Origin: a virus
Length of the DNA: 64,000 bases
Strand: one strand, 5' to 3'
IMG/VR virus record: IMGVR_UViG_3300029309_000001
Coordinates: 1 to 64,000 of that record
The position numbers and the translations under genes were made by a program. Each line of letters begins with the position of its first letter. The stretch's first letter is position 1. Positions 17,460 to 26,102 of this stretch are shown piece after piece. Below the pieces are notes generated by a model that made no database searches, was not told the DNA's origin, and saw only the letters and a program-made list of their open reading frames with translations.

Positions 17460-20081
17460 TTAATTCTTGATTATATTATAATTTACAATTTTATTTTGAT
17501 ATTTAATAGCAAAATGGTAAATTCCTTTACTAAAACTTGATATATCAATTGTATTTACTTCTTTTTCTTGTAATATAGCTTTTCCAACATTATTATACAC
17601 AGTAACATCTAATAATAAATTAAACTTTACTATTCCTGTTGTTGGATTAGGATATATATAAATTTGTTGTTCAACCCATCTAGCAGGTGGTTGTGGTCCA
17701 CTCCAATTACCTCCACAATAATTATATGTTGCTTGACATATAGTATCCCATTCGTTTTCACAACAGTAGTTATCTACTGATATAACCCAAGCATAACACT
17801 CATCATTTAACCAATAAGGATTACCAGGACCAGTGATACAAGCAGCATCATATAAACAAGACAAGGAATCATTAACATTTGCCAATGCTTCATAGTTCCA
17901 CGCAGTTTGGTCCATACATCCTGTAACCACTTCAATACAAGAACCATTTTCAGTATTAGCCAATGAATCATAGTTAAGGGCACTACTATCAGTACAACCA
18001 TAAATGAAAGGTATACAACTGAAATCTTCTGTATTAGCTTGGGAGTTATAGTTAAGCATGCTAGGGTCAGTGCAACCATAGATGTAAGGAATGCAAGTAT
18101 TATTATCAACATTAGCCAAAGGGTTATAGTTAAACATAGTGCTGTCAGTACATCCATATATAGGAAGTATACAGCTAAAATCATCTGTATTACAAGAATC
18201 ACAATAATTAAGAGCTACAGGATCTGTGCAGCCATATATATAAGGAATACAATTATTATCACTTGTATTAGCAATAGGATTATAATTAAACATTGTTGAG
18301 TCCATACAACCATAAACAAATGGTTCACATGATCCATTGTCTACATTAGCAAGTGCATTAAAATTCCACATTGTAGGATCAGTACAACCATACACAATTC
18401 CAATGCAAGAAGAATCTTCTACATTAGCTAGCGGATTATAATTAAATGCATTTGGATCAGTGCAACCTGGAATAGGTAATACACAAGAACCATCGTCAGT
18501 GTTTGCTGCTGAGTTATAATTAAGAGCTATAGGATTTGTACAACCATCTATGACTGGTATACATGTTGAGTCATCAACATTAGCATTAATATTATAATTA
18601 AATGCTAAAGGGTTTGTGCATCCTTCTACTATAGCAATACATGATCCTTGTAATTCTACATTAGCTAAAGGGTCATAGTTTAATGCAGTAGAATCCATGC
18701 ATCCTAATACAATTAAAGTTGCACAAGATCCATCATCATAGTCAGCAGCTGAATCATATTCTAAGTATAGGGGATTCATACATCCAGCTACATAATAACA
18801 AGAAGTGTCATCTGTATTTGCTAAAGAATCAAAATTTAATGCTAATGGATCTGTACAACCAAATACTTTTTCTATACAAGTATTACCACAATTAGTAATA
18901 AATGAATATGGAAATAAAGGTTGTATAAATGGTGGTTGTATACTAATTAAAGTATCTCCTTCAGGATTCATTAAAGTAAATCCACACTCTATTGTTGTAA
19001 GAGATGCTTGAGGAGTTATATTAAATCTAAATGTTGCTGGATCTGGAGCATCTATAGTAAATTGATATTCTTGATTAAATCCTCCTAAATGAGTAAATAC
19101 AAAAGATGTATCAGGTAATAATAATTCTAAATTAGATCCTATCCATCCATTACCCATAAGATCGTGAAGTATTAATGTAAACTCACACTGTGGGATTAAA
19201 TCCATTGTATTTGCATTAGAATCATAATTATACATAGTTGAATCAATGCATCCAAATACTTTTAATGTTTGACAGCTACTATCATCAACAGTAGCAAATG
19301 GATTCCACTCTAAATAATCATCATCAGTACATCCGTATATAGGAGGGCAAGAGTCAATAACAAAAATATGTGTGCTGTCTAATCCAAATGCAGGATCTGT
19401 TCCATATACTAAAGTGTCATTGCATTGTTTTACAAAATAAGAACCATCTTGTCCTTGCCATAAAGAACCTTGCATACCATCTCCATAAGCATCAAAAATA
19501 GTAAAATTTAAAGGTCCTAATGGTAAACATACAGGTACAATAACTGTACCATAATCAGGTTGAGCATTATACCCACCACCTGATGCTACTACAAATCCTA
19601 GTGAATCAGTTATTTCCCAAGATGTTTCTGATTGATATTGATCTAAATTAATAATAACTTTAGCAGGTAAACATAAAGCAGGAGGAGGGGGATTAGGAAA
19701 ACAGGGAGGTACCATTCTAGTTTGATATATACCACTATTAAAAGTAATAGTTGGTTTATTAATAATAGTATCTCCACATACAGCAACATAATAACTACCG
19801 TCCATTCCATCTCCATAAGTATCTCTTAATAAAAACACTATAGTACTTATACTATCAGGTATATAACATGTGTCTACATATCCTGTATTAGGTTGCGTAT
19901 AATGTCCAGGAGGCACTTCGTATATAGTATCACCATATAAAGAATCTGCCATTAATATCCAATAAGTTTCATTTGGATAACTATCTGTTTGTAAACTTAT
20001 AATAGTTTCTTTTCCTTGTCCAAAAATAAAACTTGAATTAAAAAATAATAATAATAATAATAATTTTTTTAACATTTCCAA
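17460..20081 (-). CDS. Secreted Cys-repeat protein with a T9SS type A C-terminal sorting domain
   Basis: Signal peptide ending FG-Q; about 15 GC(T/M)D..A.NY...AN.D..SC repeats; C-terminal IYPNP...VYNNVGK...IDIS...KGIY...IIK. Confidence 0.85.
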   Translation of the reverse strand: MEMLKKLLLLLLFFNSSFIFGQGKETIISLQTDSYPNETYWILMADSLYGDTIYEVPPGHYTQPNTGYVDTCYIPDSISTIVFLLRDTYGDGMDGSYYVAVCGDTIINKPTITFNSGIYQTRMVPPCFPNPPPPALCLPAKVIINLDQYQSETSWEITDSLGFVVASGGGYNAQPDYGTVIVPVCLPLGPLNFTIFDAYGDGMQGSLWQGQDGSYFVKQCNDTLVYGTDPAFGLDSTHIFVIDSCPPIYGCTDDDYLEWNPFATVDDSSCQTLKVFGCIDSTMYNYDSNANTMDLIPQCEFTLILHDLMGNGWIGSNLELLLPDTSFVFTHLGGFNQEYQFTIDAPDPATFRFNITPQASLTTIECGFTLMNPEGDTLISIQPPFIQPLFPYSFITNCGNTCIEKVFGCTDPLALNFDSLANTDDTSCYYVAGCMNPLYLEYDSAADYDDGSCATLIVLGCMDSTALNYDPLANVELQGSCIAIVEGCTNPLAFNYNINANVDDSTCIPVIDGCTNPIALNYNSAANTDDGSCVLPIPGCTDPNAFNYNPLANVEDSSCIGIVYGCTDPTMWNFNALANVDNGSCEPFVYGCMDSTMFNYNPIANTSDNNCIPYIYGCTDPVALNYCDSCNTDDFSCILPIYGCTDSTMFNYNPLANVDNNTCIPYIYGCTDPSMLNYNSQANTEDFSCIPFIYGCTDSSALNYDSLANTENGSCIEVVTGCMDQTAWNYEALANVNDSLSCLYDAACITGPGNPYWLNDECYAWVISVDNYCCENEWDTICQATYNYCGGNWSGPQPPARWVEQQIYIYPNPTTGIVKFNLLLDVTVYNNVGKAILQEKEVNTIDISSFSKGIYHFAIKYQNKIVNYNIIKN
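17850..18865 (-). repeat. 13 tandem ~26-aa (about 78-nt) Cys-rich coding repeats
   Basis: Units such as YGCTDPTMWNFNALANVDNGSC and YGCTDSTMFNYNPLANVDNNTC; two further units near 19200-19340. Confidence 0.85.
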
Positions 20082-20356
20082 CGTCTTCTAGCTTTACAAA
20101 TTCTTTTATCTGGTGTTTTACTACAACTTATATTATGCATTCTCATCTGACCAGCTGATCTAGCGCAATATGATTTTTTACGTTTACCACCACCTGGTTG
20201 TGGAGCTTTTAAATTAGAACCTGTTTTACGGTTAATTCTTTTACGTCCTTTAGCAGTAAGACCTCCTTTTTTACTTTTACAACCATTTTTGATTGTACAT
20301 CCAGCCATACCACCTTTTTTATATGTATCTAATTCTATTATACTTGATTGCATCAT
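20069..20356 (-). CDS. Small basic protein (DUF6321-like)
   Basis: KGGLTAKGR...GSNLKAP...RKKSYCARS...ARRRWKC. Confidence 0.7.
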   Translation of the reverse strand: MMQSSIIELDTYKKGGMAGCTIKNGCKSKKGGLTAKGRKRINRKTGSNLKAPQPGGGKRKKSYCARSAGQMRMHNISCSKTPDKRICKARRRWKC

Positions 20357-20360
20357 AACA

Positions 20361-20687
20361 CTATCTTATTATTGCTTTTGACATTTCACCACCACATTTT
20401 AATTCCTTTCCGCACATTGCTCTTGTAACTTTCTTTTTAGTTTTCTTTTTGCTTTTTTTCTTTTTATATCTACTAACTCTTCCTTTAGTATCTTTTTCTT
20501 TTTTTGCTCTAGCTTTTTCAGCTGGAGTTAATTCAGACCAGGTGGTTGGTGTATCTTTAGTTACACGTTTAGTAGGTCTAAATGTGTTCTCACCTCCACT
20601 GTAGTCTTTCTTACCACTAGGTGTTCTCCACTTTTCTTTAAACCATCTTTTAAGGGCTAAACCTTTTTTAGTTTTTCTAACAGCCAT
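20361..20687 (-). CDS. Small basic protein (DUF5872-like)
   Basis: LKRWFKEKW, RPTKRV..DTP.T.SEL; Lys-rich tail. Confidence 0.65.
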   Translation of the reverse strand: MAVRKTKKGLALKRWFKEKWRTPSGKKDYSGGENTFRPTKRVTKDTPTTWSELTPAEKARAKKEKDTKGRVSRYKKKKSKKKTKKKVTRAMCGKELKCGGEMSKAIIR

Positions 20688-20688
20688 G

Positions 20689-20940
20689 TTATTTTCCTAC
20701 TTTTTTCTGTGCCATTTTATGAGAAGCTCCAAATGATGCTCCATTTTTCATAGCATTAACCATCATTGCTATATGTTTTTTTGAATGATGCACAGAATGC
20801 TTTTCTAATGTTTTTTGTTGTCTCATTGTTAGTGAGCATACATCAACACCTTTTACTTTACCTATACAGTTATTTCCACCTTTTTGTTTTTTAGATGGTC
20901 TACCTACTTGAGATCCATATGTTCCTTTACCTTGTGGCAT
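20689..20940 (-). CDS. Small basic protein
   Basis: MPQGKGTYGSQVGRP fused to a KHSVHHSKKH..M...M..G.SF..SH..A domain. Confidence 0.7.
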   Translation of the reverse strand: MPQGKGTYGSQVGRPSKKQKGGNNCIGKVKGVDVCSLTMRQQKTLEKHSVHHSKKHIAMMVNAMKNGASFGASHKMAQKKVGK

Positions 20941-20964
20941 AATTTTAAATTTTAATTGTTAATA

Positions 20965-21150
20965 TTATTTTTTCTTTGATTTATTACCCCAATTAGCAGC
21001 TCCAACTTTACGACACTTAGCCATTGCACCACTTCTGTATGCAGATGTTTTAGGTCCATAACGTCTAACTACTTTATGATAACATGCATCTTTTTTACTT
21101 CCACCTTTTTTATATTCTATTATACTTTGTCTTTCCATTTTAAAAATCAC
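20965..21150 (-). CDS. Small basic protein
   Basis: KKDACYHKV..RY....SAY.SGA..KCRKVGAANWG; true start is probably the internal MERQ. Confidence 0.7.
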   Translation of the reverse strand: MIFKMERQSIIEYKKGGSKKDACYHKVVRRYGPKTSAYRSGAMAKCRKVGAANWGNKSKKK

Positions 21151-21478
21151 TCATTAATTGTTCGTCAATAATTTCTTGTACCTCTTCTCTAGTTGCTGAC
21201 ATTTTAAAACTAATATCAGCTTGAAAACGTTTTACTTCTTCTCCGTCTTTAAATATAATTATAGTTGGTACAACAACTACTTTATATTTATCTTGCACTT
21301 TAGGATCTTTTCCTATATCATATGCTTTTACTTCACAATCACTTAAGCCATTCTTTTTTTCATGACACCATGATACTCCGTTTGCTTTATTCCATTCAGC
21401 ATTAAAATATCTAACAGTTACTTGTGCATATATATTTATAGGTAGAAGAAACAGTAGTATAATAAATAATTTTTTCAT
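21140..21478 (-). CDS. Exported thioredoxin-fold protein lacking CxxC
   Basis: Signal peptide ending YA-Q; FNAEWN at the usual WCxxC position; VVPTIIIFKDGEEVKRF. Confidence 0.75.
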   Translation of the reverse strand: MKKLFIILLFLLPINIYAQVTVRYFNAEWNKANGVSWCHEKKNGLSDCEVKAYDIGKDPKVQDKYKVVVVPTIIIFKDGEEVKRFQADISFKMSATREEVQEIIDEQLMSDF

Positions 21479-21759
21479 CTTAGCTTATCTATTTTTTCTT
21501 CAATCCTTTTTATATCTTCTTTTATTTCATCCACATCATCAGCTGTAGTTTGAATGGTTTGTCTAATTAATTGATCTTTCATGTCATATTCCATTCTAGT
21601 TACATCTGGTGGAGGAGCAACAGGAAGTTCTTTAGCTTCTTCTATGTCTGCTTGCAAAGCATACCACATACCAACAACTGTTGCTATACCAATTGCAATA
21701 CCAATTAGAGTTTTAATACTAACTCTAAAACCTGTATCTTCATTTAATTCTTTTGTCAT
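21475..21759 (-). CDS. Single-TM coiled-coil protein
   Basis: TM helix LIGIAIGIATVVGMWY; C-terminal heptads. Confidence 0.7.
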   Translation of the reverse strand: MTKELNEDTGFRVSIKTLIGIAIGIATVVGMWYALQADIEEAKELPVAPPPDVTRMEYDMKDQLIRQTIQTTADDVDEIKEDIKRIEEKIDKLR

Positions 21760-21761
21760 AA

Positions 21762-21911
21762 CTATTTACCACAACCACATCCACCACCTGTTTGTCTTCT
21801 TACAGGTTTTGTAGGAGCTGTGCCACCATATACCTTTTTTTGTTTTATGCCTTTTGCATTTTGCAAAGCACGTAACATATTAGGACTCATATTCATACTT
21901 TTATTTCCCAT
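21762..21911 (-). CDS. Small basic protein, 49 aa (not in the ORF track)
   Basis: MGNKSMNMSPNMLRALQNAKGIKQKKVYGGTAPTKPVRRQTGGGCGCGK; TAATG coupling. Confidence 0.65.
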   Translation of the reverse strand: MGNKSMNMSPNMLRALQNAKGIKQKKVYGGTAPTKPVRRQTGGGCGCGK

Positions 21912-22165
21912 TATATTTCAAATCCAAAATTTAACACTATTACTCTTAATCTTTTTCTAGAACAGTCTTCTTCACAAAACAAACAAGCTTTAACTTCTAA
22001 TAACGTTAATCTACCTAAGCGTATAGAAACTTCATACTTTTCTTTTTTGTTACCTTTTGCCCAACTGTTAATCCAATTTATTTTTTCCATTTGTTCTAAT
22101 TTTTTTATTTGTTCATATGATAAATTTCTTGTTTTATCATAATAATATTTACTATGCTTAGTCAT
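21911..22165 (-). CDS. Hypothetical protein
   Basis: INWINSW..GNKK and C-terminal LNFGFEI; coupled to neighbours. Confidence 0.65.
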   Translation of the reverse strand: MTKHSKYYYDKTRNLSYEQIKKLEQMEKINWINSWAKGNKKEKYEVSIRLGRLTLLEVKACLFCEEDCSRKRLRVIVLNFGFEI

Positions 22166-22176
22166 ATATAATATAC
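22163..22176 (-). promoter_or_regulatory. Candidate phage late promoter (copy 2)
   Basis: GTATATTATATATG, whose final ATG is the start codon of 21911..22165. Confidence 0.45.
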
Positions 22177-23234
22177 TAAAAAATTACGTAATTAACACCA
22201 AATTTAAAATCATACCATTTTTTATTCCAGTATTTATTATATTTGCCTTCTACAAAAGCACCTAAACTTTTATTTAATTTGTATCCAAATATTAATCCAC
22301 CTGAGTAATCTAACCACTGACCTTCATTAAAATTGTAATAACTAAATTCATTTTTGTCATCACTATAATGAAGAGGCATTACATTACCCCAAGCATGCAA
22401 CCAAAACTCTTTACTATACTTATAGTAATCAAATCCTGCTACCCATGAATGTGTCCATTGTATAGGTAATTCATTTCTTTTTTTCTCAGTATAATTTTTT
22501 AACATCTCAGGTATTGCAACTGCTTCCCATACTTCTGGATTAGTTGCAACTAGTGAGCCAGAAGGATCATAGTATTCTGAATTAAAAACATCTATTGTAT
22601 ATCCTTCTTGTATAGCAAGATATGTATAATGTATATCTCCGTTTTCTAGCACCCATTCTTCTAATGGATCATACCCGTAAGGTTCTGCTACTCTTTGAAC
22701 TATCCCTGCGTTAAAAGAAAGTTTATTATCTACTTTATATCTGTATCTTTGTGATGATTCAAAAAACTTTATATCAGCAAAACCATCTTCAAGATATTCT
22801 ACTTTAACTATATATTTATCATCTACATGTCTGACAAAATGATGTTGATCTAAATAGTCTTCACCTTGTTCTCTTCTAAAATCTGCTTGAAATAAAAATT
22901 CTAAACCTCTTACTTTACCTATAGTAGCAGCATCTGAGTATGAACTTTCTGTTCCATCGTAAAAAGTATTTGCTCTATTCTCATATCCAAATCTAGCTAT
23001 CTTTCTAATACCCAACGTAATAGCGTAATCATATGGTGTTTCTATAGTTTGTGTTTCTAATCCATTCGTTACTGAATATATATCAACATCTGAAATAGAA
23101 TTACCTCCATTTACTGCAGCGTAAAATGTAGAAAACTTAAATGTTTTTTTAAGATCTATATCTTGACTACAACATTTTTTTGGTGCAGCACAAGATGCTA
23201 TTATGAATAATATTATTATTAAAAGTTTTTTCAT
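22176..23234 (-). CDS. Putative outer-membrane beta-barrel protein
   Basis: Signal peptide with possible lipobox IASC; alternating aromatic strands; C-terminal beta-signal-like YDFKFGVNYVIF. Confidence 0.65.
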   Translation of the reverse strand: MKKLLIIILFIIASCAAPKKCCSQDIDLKKTFKFSTFYAAVNGGNSISDVDIYSVTNGLETQTIETPYDYAITLGIRKIARFGYENRANTFYDGTESSYSDAATIGKVRGLEFLFQADFRREQGEDYLDQHHFVRHVDDKYIVKVEYLEDGFADIKFFESSQRYRYKVDNKLSFNAGIVQRVAEPYGYDPLEEWVLENGDIHYTYLAIQEGYTIDVFNSEYYDPSGSLVATNPEVWEAVAIPEMLKNYTEKKRNELPIQWTHSWVAGFDYYKYSKEFWLHAWGNVMPLHYSDDKNEFSYYNFNEGQWLDYSGGLIFGYKLNKSLGAFVEGKYNKYWNKKWYDFKFGVNYVIF

Positions 23235-23521
23235 TAGAATAAAAATAGTTTTACTAAACCTCCTATTACAGCAACAATTAAGGCTTTAATTAATATATCA
23301 GTTGTTTTTCTCCATCTTTTCATAGCATATATTTCACCTACTAAATCTTCCATTTCATTACGGAAAATAGTATTTCTATTTACTCTTGCCGTTACACCAT
23401 GATCTGGATCTAATAATTTTTCTGTTATCATATCAAGCTTTTCATCAAGCTTGTCTAATTTATCTTCCATTGAGTCCATTCTTAATTTCATAAGTGCTAT
23501 TTCTTGTGCAGTAGTTTCCAT
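23234..23521 (-). CDS. Coiled-coil protein with a C-terminal TM helix
   Basis: Heptads MEDKLDKLDEKLD; C-terminal ILIKALIVAVIGGLVKLFLF. Confidence 0.7.
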   Translation of the reverse strand: METTAQEIALMKLRMDSMEDKLDKLDEKLDMITEKLLDPDHGVTARVNRNTIFRNEMEDLVGEIYAMKRWRKTTDILIKALIVAVIGGLVKLFLF

Positions 23522-23525
23522 TTTT

Positions 23526-24659
23526 TTATAAAGTTAAAAGATAAGTTCTGATCTTTTCCATTTCATCATTTGTTAAATTAGCATTCCATATAGCATGACT
23601 TCCTATAAATGTAAAATTTGTATTATTTGTACTAGCTAAAACTGTATTATTAAATTTTTGCGGATATTCAAATGAAACACCAAGTTCTTCTGTATTAACT
23701 TGGTTTGATTCAGGTGTACTGTATGAACCTGCCTCATTTGCTACAGGAATAGATACAACACCCTCACTTAATTGTATAAAAATAGGTTTTTGTTGATAAG
23801 CTCTTGCAGAAGCATGTGAGTTTACATCATTTGTAGTAACATCAAATGTATGAAGATCCAACCATCTACGGTTGCGTTCATCAAATTTTTGTAAAAATAT
23901 TTTTAAACCAGTATTATTTAATATAAACCTTAAAATTCCATCATCTCCAGTATTTTCAAATGCTTTACCTATTAATACCGTTTGACCAGCACTTAAATCT
24001 TGTGGTTGAAAAGAACACATTATTGTAAATGAATTAAAATTTGATCCTGATAAAGTTGGTAAAACTAAACCAGTTGAAGGTATATTAGCTAAAAAAATCA
24101 TAGAATGAGTTGCATATACTGTATCTCTTATAGAAGCAGAACCATCACCTCCTACAGCACCATCAGGCATTGTTATTCTTGCATTAGATACAGCATCATC
24201 CCATTGTCTAATATATACATCGTTATATTCTACATTTGCACTATCAACAGATTCAGGATTACCTGCTATAAAATTTTCAGATATACCTACTGTCTCTCCA
24301 TCTTCACCTGTAGAACGCATTATTATTTTTGGTAACCAAGCTGCTACTAAATTATTTCTTTGTGTACCTGAAATAGTAAACTCTATACTTGCTTGTTCAC
24401 TTCTTGTTGAAGTCATATCAGAAAGAATCCAATCCTCATTAGAATTAATATATGCAATCATATCTGTTCTACTAGCAAATTTATTTACATAATTAGCACC
24501 AGGAATAGTCTCTGTACTACTTATTACAAATTGAGTACGTTCTTTATTACGTCTTAAATTACTTGTATCAGAAGGGTTTAAAGGCTCTCTTGTTTTTCCA
24601 GGTGCAAGTCTATCTGCTTTTGAAACTTCTATTATATAATATGATCCAGGTATTGACAT
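23526..24659 (-). CDS. Putative virion protein with a degenerate LamG-like C-terminal domain
   Basis: FTIMCSF and IGSHAIWNANLTNDEMEKIRTYL ending. Confidence 0.55.
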   Translation of the reverse strand: MSIPGSYYIIEVSKADRLAPGKTREPLNPSDTSNLRRNKERTQFVISSTETIPGANYVNKFASRTDMIAYINSNEDWILSDMTSTRSEQASIEFTISGTQRNNLVAAWLPKIIMRSTGEDGETVGISENFIAGNPESVDSANVEYNDVYIRQWDDAVSNARITMPDGAVGGDGSASIRDTVYATHSMIFLANIPSTGLVLPTLSGSNFNSFTIMCSFQPQDLSAGQTVLIGKAFENTGDDGILRFILNNTGLKIFLQKFDERNRRWLDLHTFDVTTNDVNSHASARAYQQKPIFIQLSEGVVSIPVANEAGSYSTPESNQVNTEELGVSFEYPQKFNNTVLASTNNTNFTFIGSHAIWNANLTNDEMEKIRTYLLTL

Positions 24660-24662
24660 AAT

Positions 24663-25574
24663 TTATGCTTTATTTGTTGCGTCAAATGAAACTCCGTTAT
24701 TTGTTAAATGAAAATTATTTCCAGAACTATCAGCAAAATTATTTTCAAATCTCCACCATCCTTTTAAGTTAGCAGCTTTAGAATGTGATAATAAATTATT
24801 TGGTGTACCATCTGTGCTACCAGCTGCTTGTGTTCCGTTCCATATTTCTAATACTTCTGCGTCTGTTAATGCTACATCCCAAAAAGCCATATCATCTAAA
24901 TTACCTTCCATTCCTGTTGAATTAGTAACTAAATTAGCACCTATTTGTAGTTGTTTTGCTGTTCCACTTGGAAATGTTACATTTTGTGGATTTTGATCAT
25001 ATATAAAATCACCACCTCCTAAACTGTTTCCATTCCAATACATTTTAAATCTAACTGCACTAAGAGTAGCACTAAGAGAAGGATCATAAACTAATGTAAC
25101 TAATGTAAAATCATTTGTATTTTTATAACCACGGTTAGCACTAGACCATCCAGAGGATGAACTAATACCTAAACCACATTTAGAATTATGATTATGTAAT
25201 GCCCACAAATTTAAAGCCCAGTTACCACCAGTTCTAAACTCTCCTATTAATCTATTTAAATTTCCACCACCATTAGTAAAATAAAATCTCATAATATTAT
25301 CATTCCAATTTCCTGTATTAACTCCTATATTAAGAAATTGTCTTGAACCGTTTGATTGAAGCCACTCTGGTTTTACCCATACAGAAATTGAAAACGGATC
25401 TGTTGTATCAAAATTAGTCCAATATGCTGAATTATTAAAACTATAATCTGTTCCTCCATACTCTGAAGAAACACAATTATAATCTGCACATATAGCTGTA
25501 GCATTACCAACACCATCATGAATAGTATGCGTCTTTCTTGATAAGATTTTTTGTCTATTAATATTAGTAGCCAT
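24663..25574 (-). CDS. LamG / concanavalin A-like lectin domain protein
   Basis: FSISVWVKP, VTLVYD, MYWNG, QIGA..MEGNLDDMAFWDVALT..EV, WWRFE and DSSGN. Confidence 0.85.
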   Translation of the reverse strand: MATNINRQKILSRKTHTIHDGVGNATAICADYNCVSSEYGGTDYSFNNSAYWTNFDTTDPFSISVWVKPEWLQSNGSRQFLNIGVNTGNWNDNIMRFYFTNGGGNLNRLIGEFRTGGNWALNLWALHNHNSKCGLGISSSSGWSSANRGYKNTNDFTLVTLVYDPSLSATLSAVRFKMYWNGNSLGGGDFIYDQNPQNVTFPSGTAKQLQIGANLVTNSTGMEGNLDDMAFWDVALTDAEVLEIWNGTQAAGSTDGTPNNLLSHSKAANLKGWWRFENNFADSSGNNFHLTNNGVSFDATNKA

Positions 25575-25585
25575 TTAACTAATGT

Positions 25586-25906
25586 TTAATAAGTTCCTGC
25601 TACTATTGCTGTTCCAGTGCCAGTTGTTATTGTTAAATCACCAGACATAATTGTTCCATTCATAGCATCAAAATTTACAGTAGTTAATGCAGGAACTGTA
25701 ATAGTTTCTGCTGCTACATTAGTAATTGTAATGGTGTTTGTTGCATGAGTATTCATAATAGATACTGTACGAAAACCAATTGTAAGATTTTCAGTTACAC
25801 CAGCTGCTAAATTTTTCATGAAAGTTTTTTTAGTGCCTGTTAATGCTTTTAAAATAGTTTCAGCAAAATAAGTCCAATTATATTTTTTTATTACACTATA
25901 ACTCAT
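25586..25906 (-). CDS. Putative structural protein
   Basis: Thr-rich small beta protein; first gene downstream of a candidate late promoter. Confidence 0.65.
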   Translation of the reverse strand: MSYSVIKKYNWTYFAETILKALTGTKKTFMKNLAAGVTENLTIGFRTVSIMNTHATNTITITNVAAETITVPALTTVNFDAMNGTIMSGDLTITTGTGTAIVAGTY

Positions 25907-25939
25907 TTGATTAAATTTTTTTATTTATAAATAATATTA

Positions 25940-25947
25940 TACTTTTG
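25940..25947 (+). promoter_or_regulatory. Possible Bacteroidota -7 element for the RNR gene
   Basis: TACTTTTG fits TAnnTTTG in the divergent intergenic region. Confidence 0.4.
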
Positions 25948-25952
25948 TAGTA

Positions 25953-25966
25953 CATATATAATATAC
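25953..25966 (-). promoter_or_regulatory. Candidate phage late promoter GTATATTATATATG
   Basis: Identical at 22163-22176 and one mismatch at 60798-60811; all lie at or upstream of - strand gene starts. Confidence 0.55.
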
Positions 25967-26102
25967 AAAAAGAATATCAAAATTAAAATTAAAATAAGAA
26001 TGAATTTATAGCCATTCTCTTTCATTCTTAAAGATATTTTATTTATCTTGTATTTACCGCTTAAGGAAAAACTAATTATTAACTTATATAAAATAAACAA
26101 AA

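Noticed and set aside
17850-18865. Repeats as a CRISPR array or DGR template/variable region
   Set aside because: They are in-frame degenerate protein repeats with no constant DNA repeat plus unique spacers, and no reverse transcriptase is in the window.
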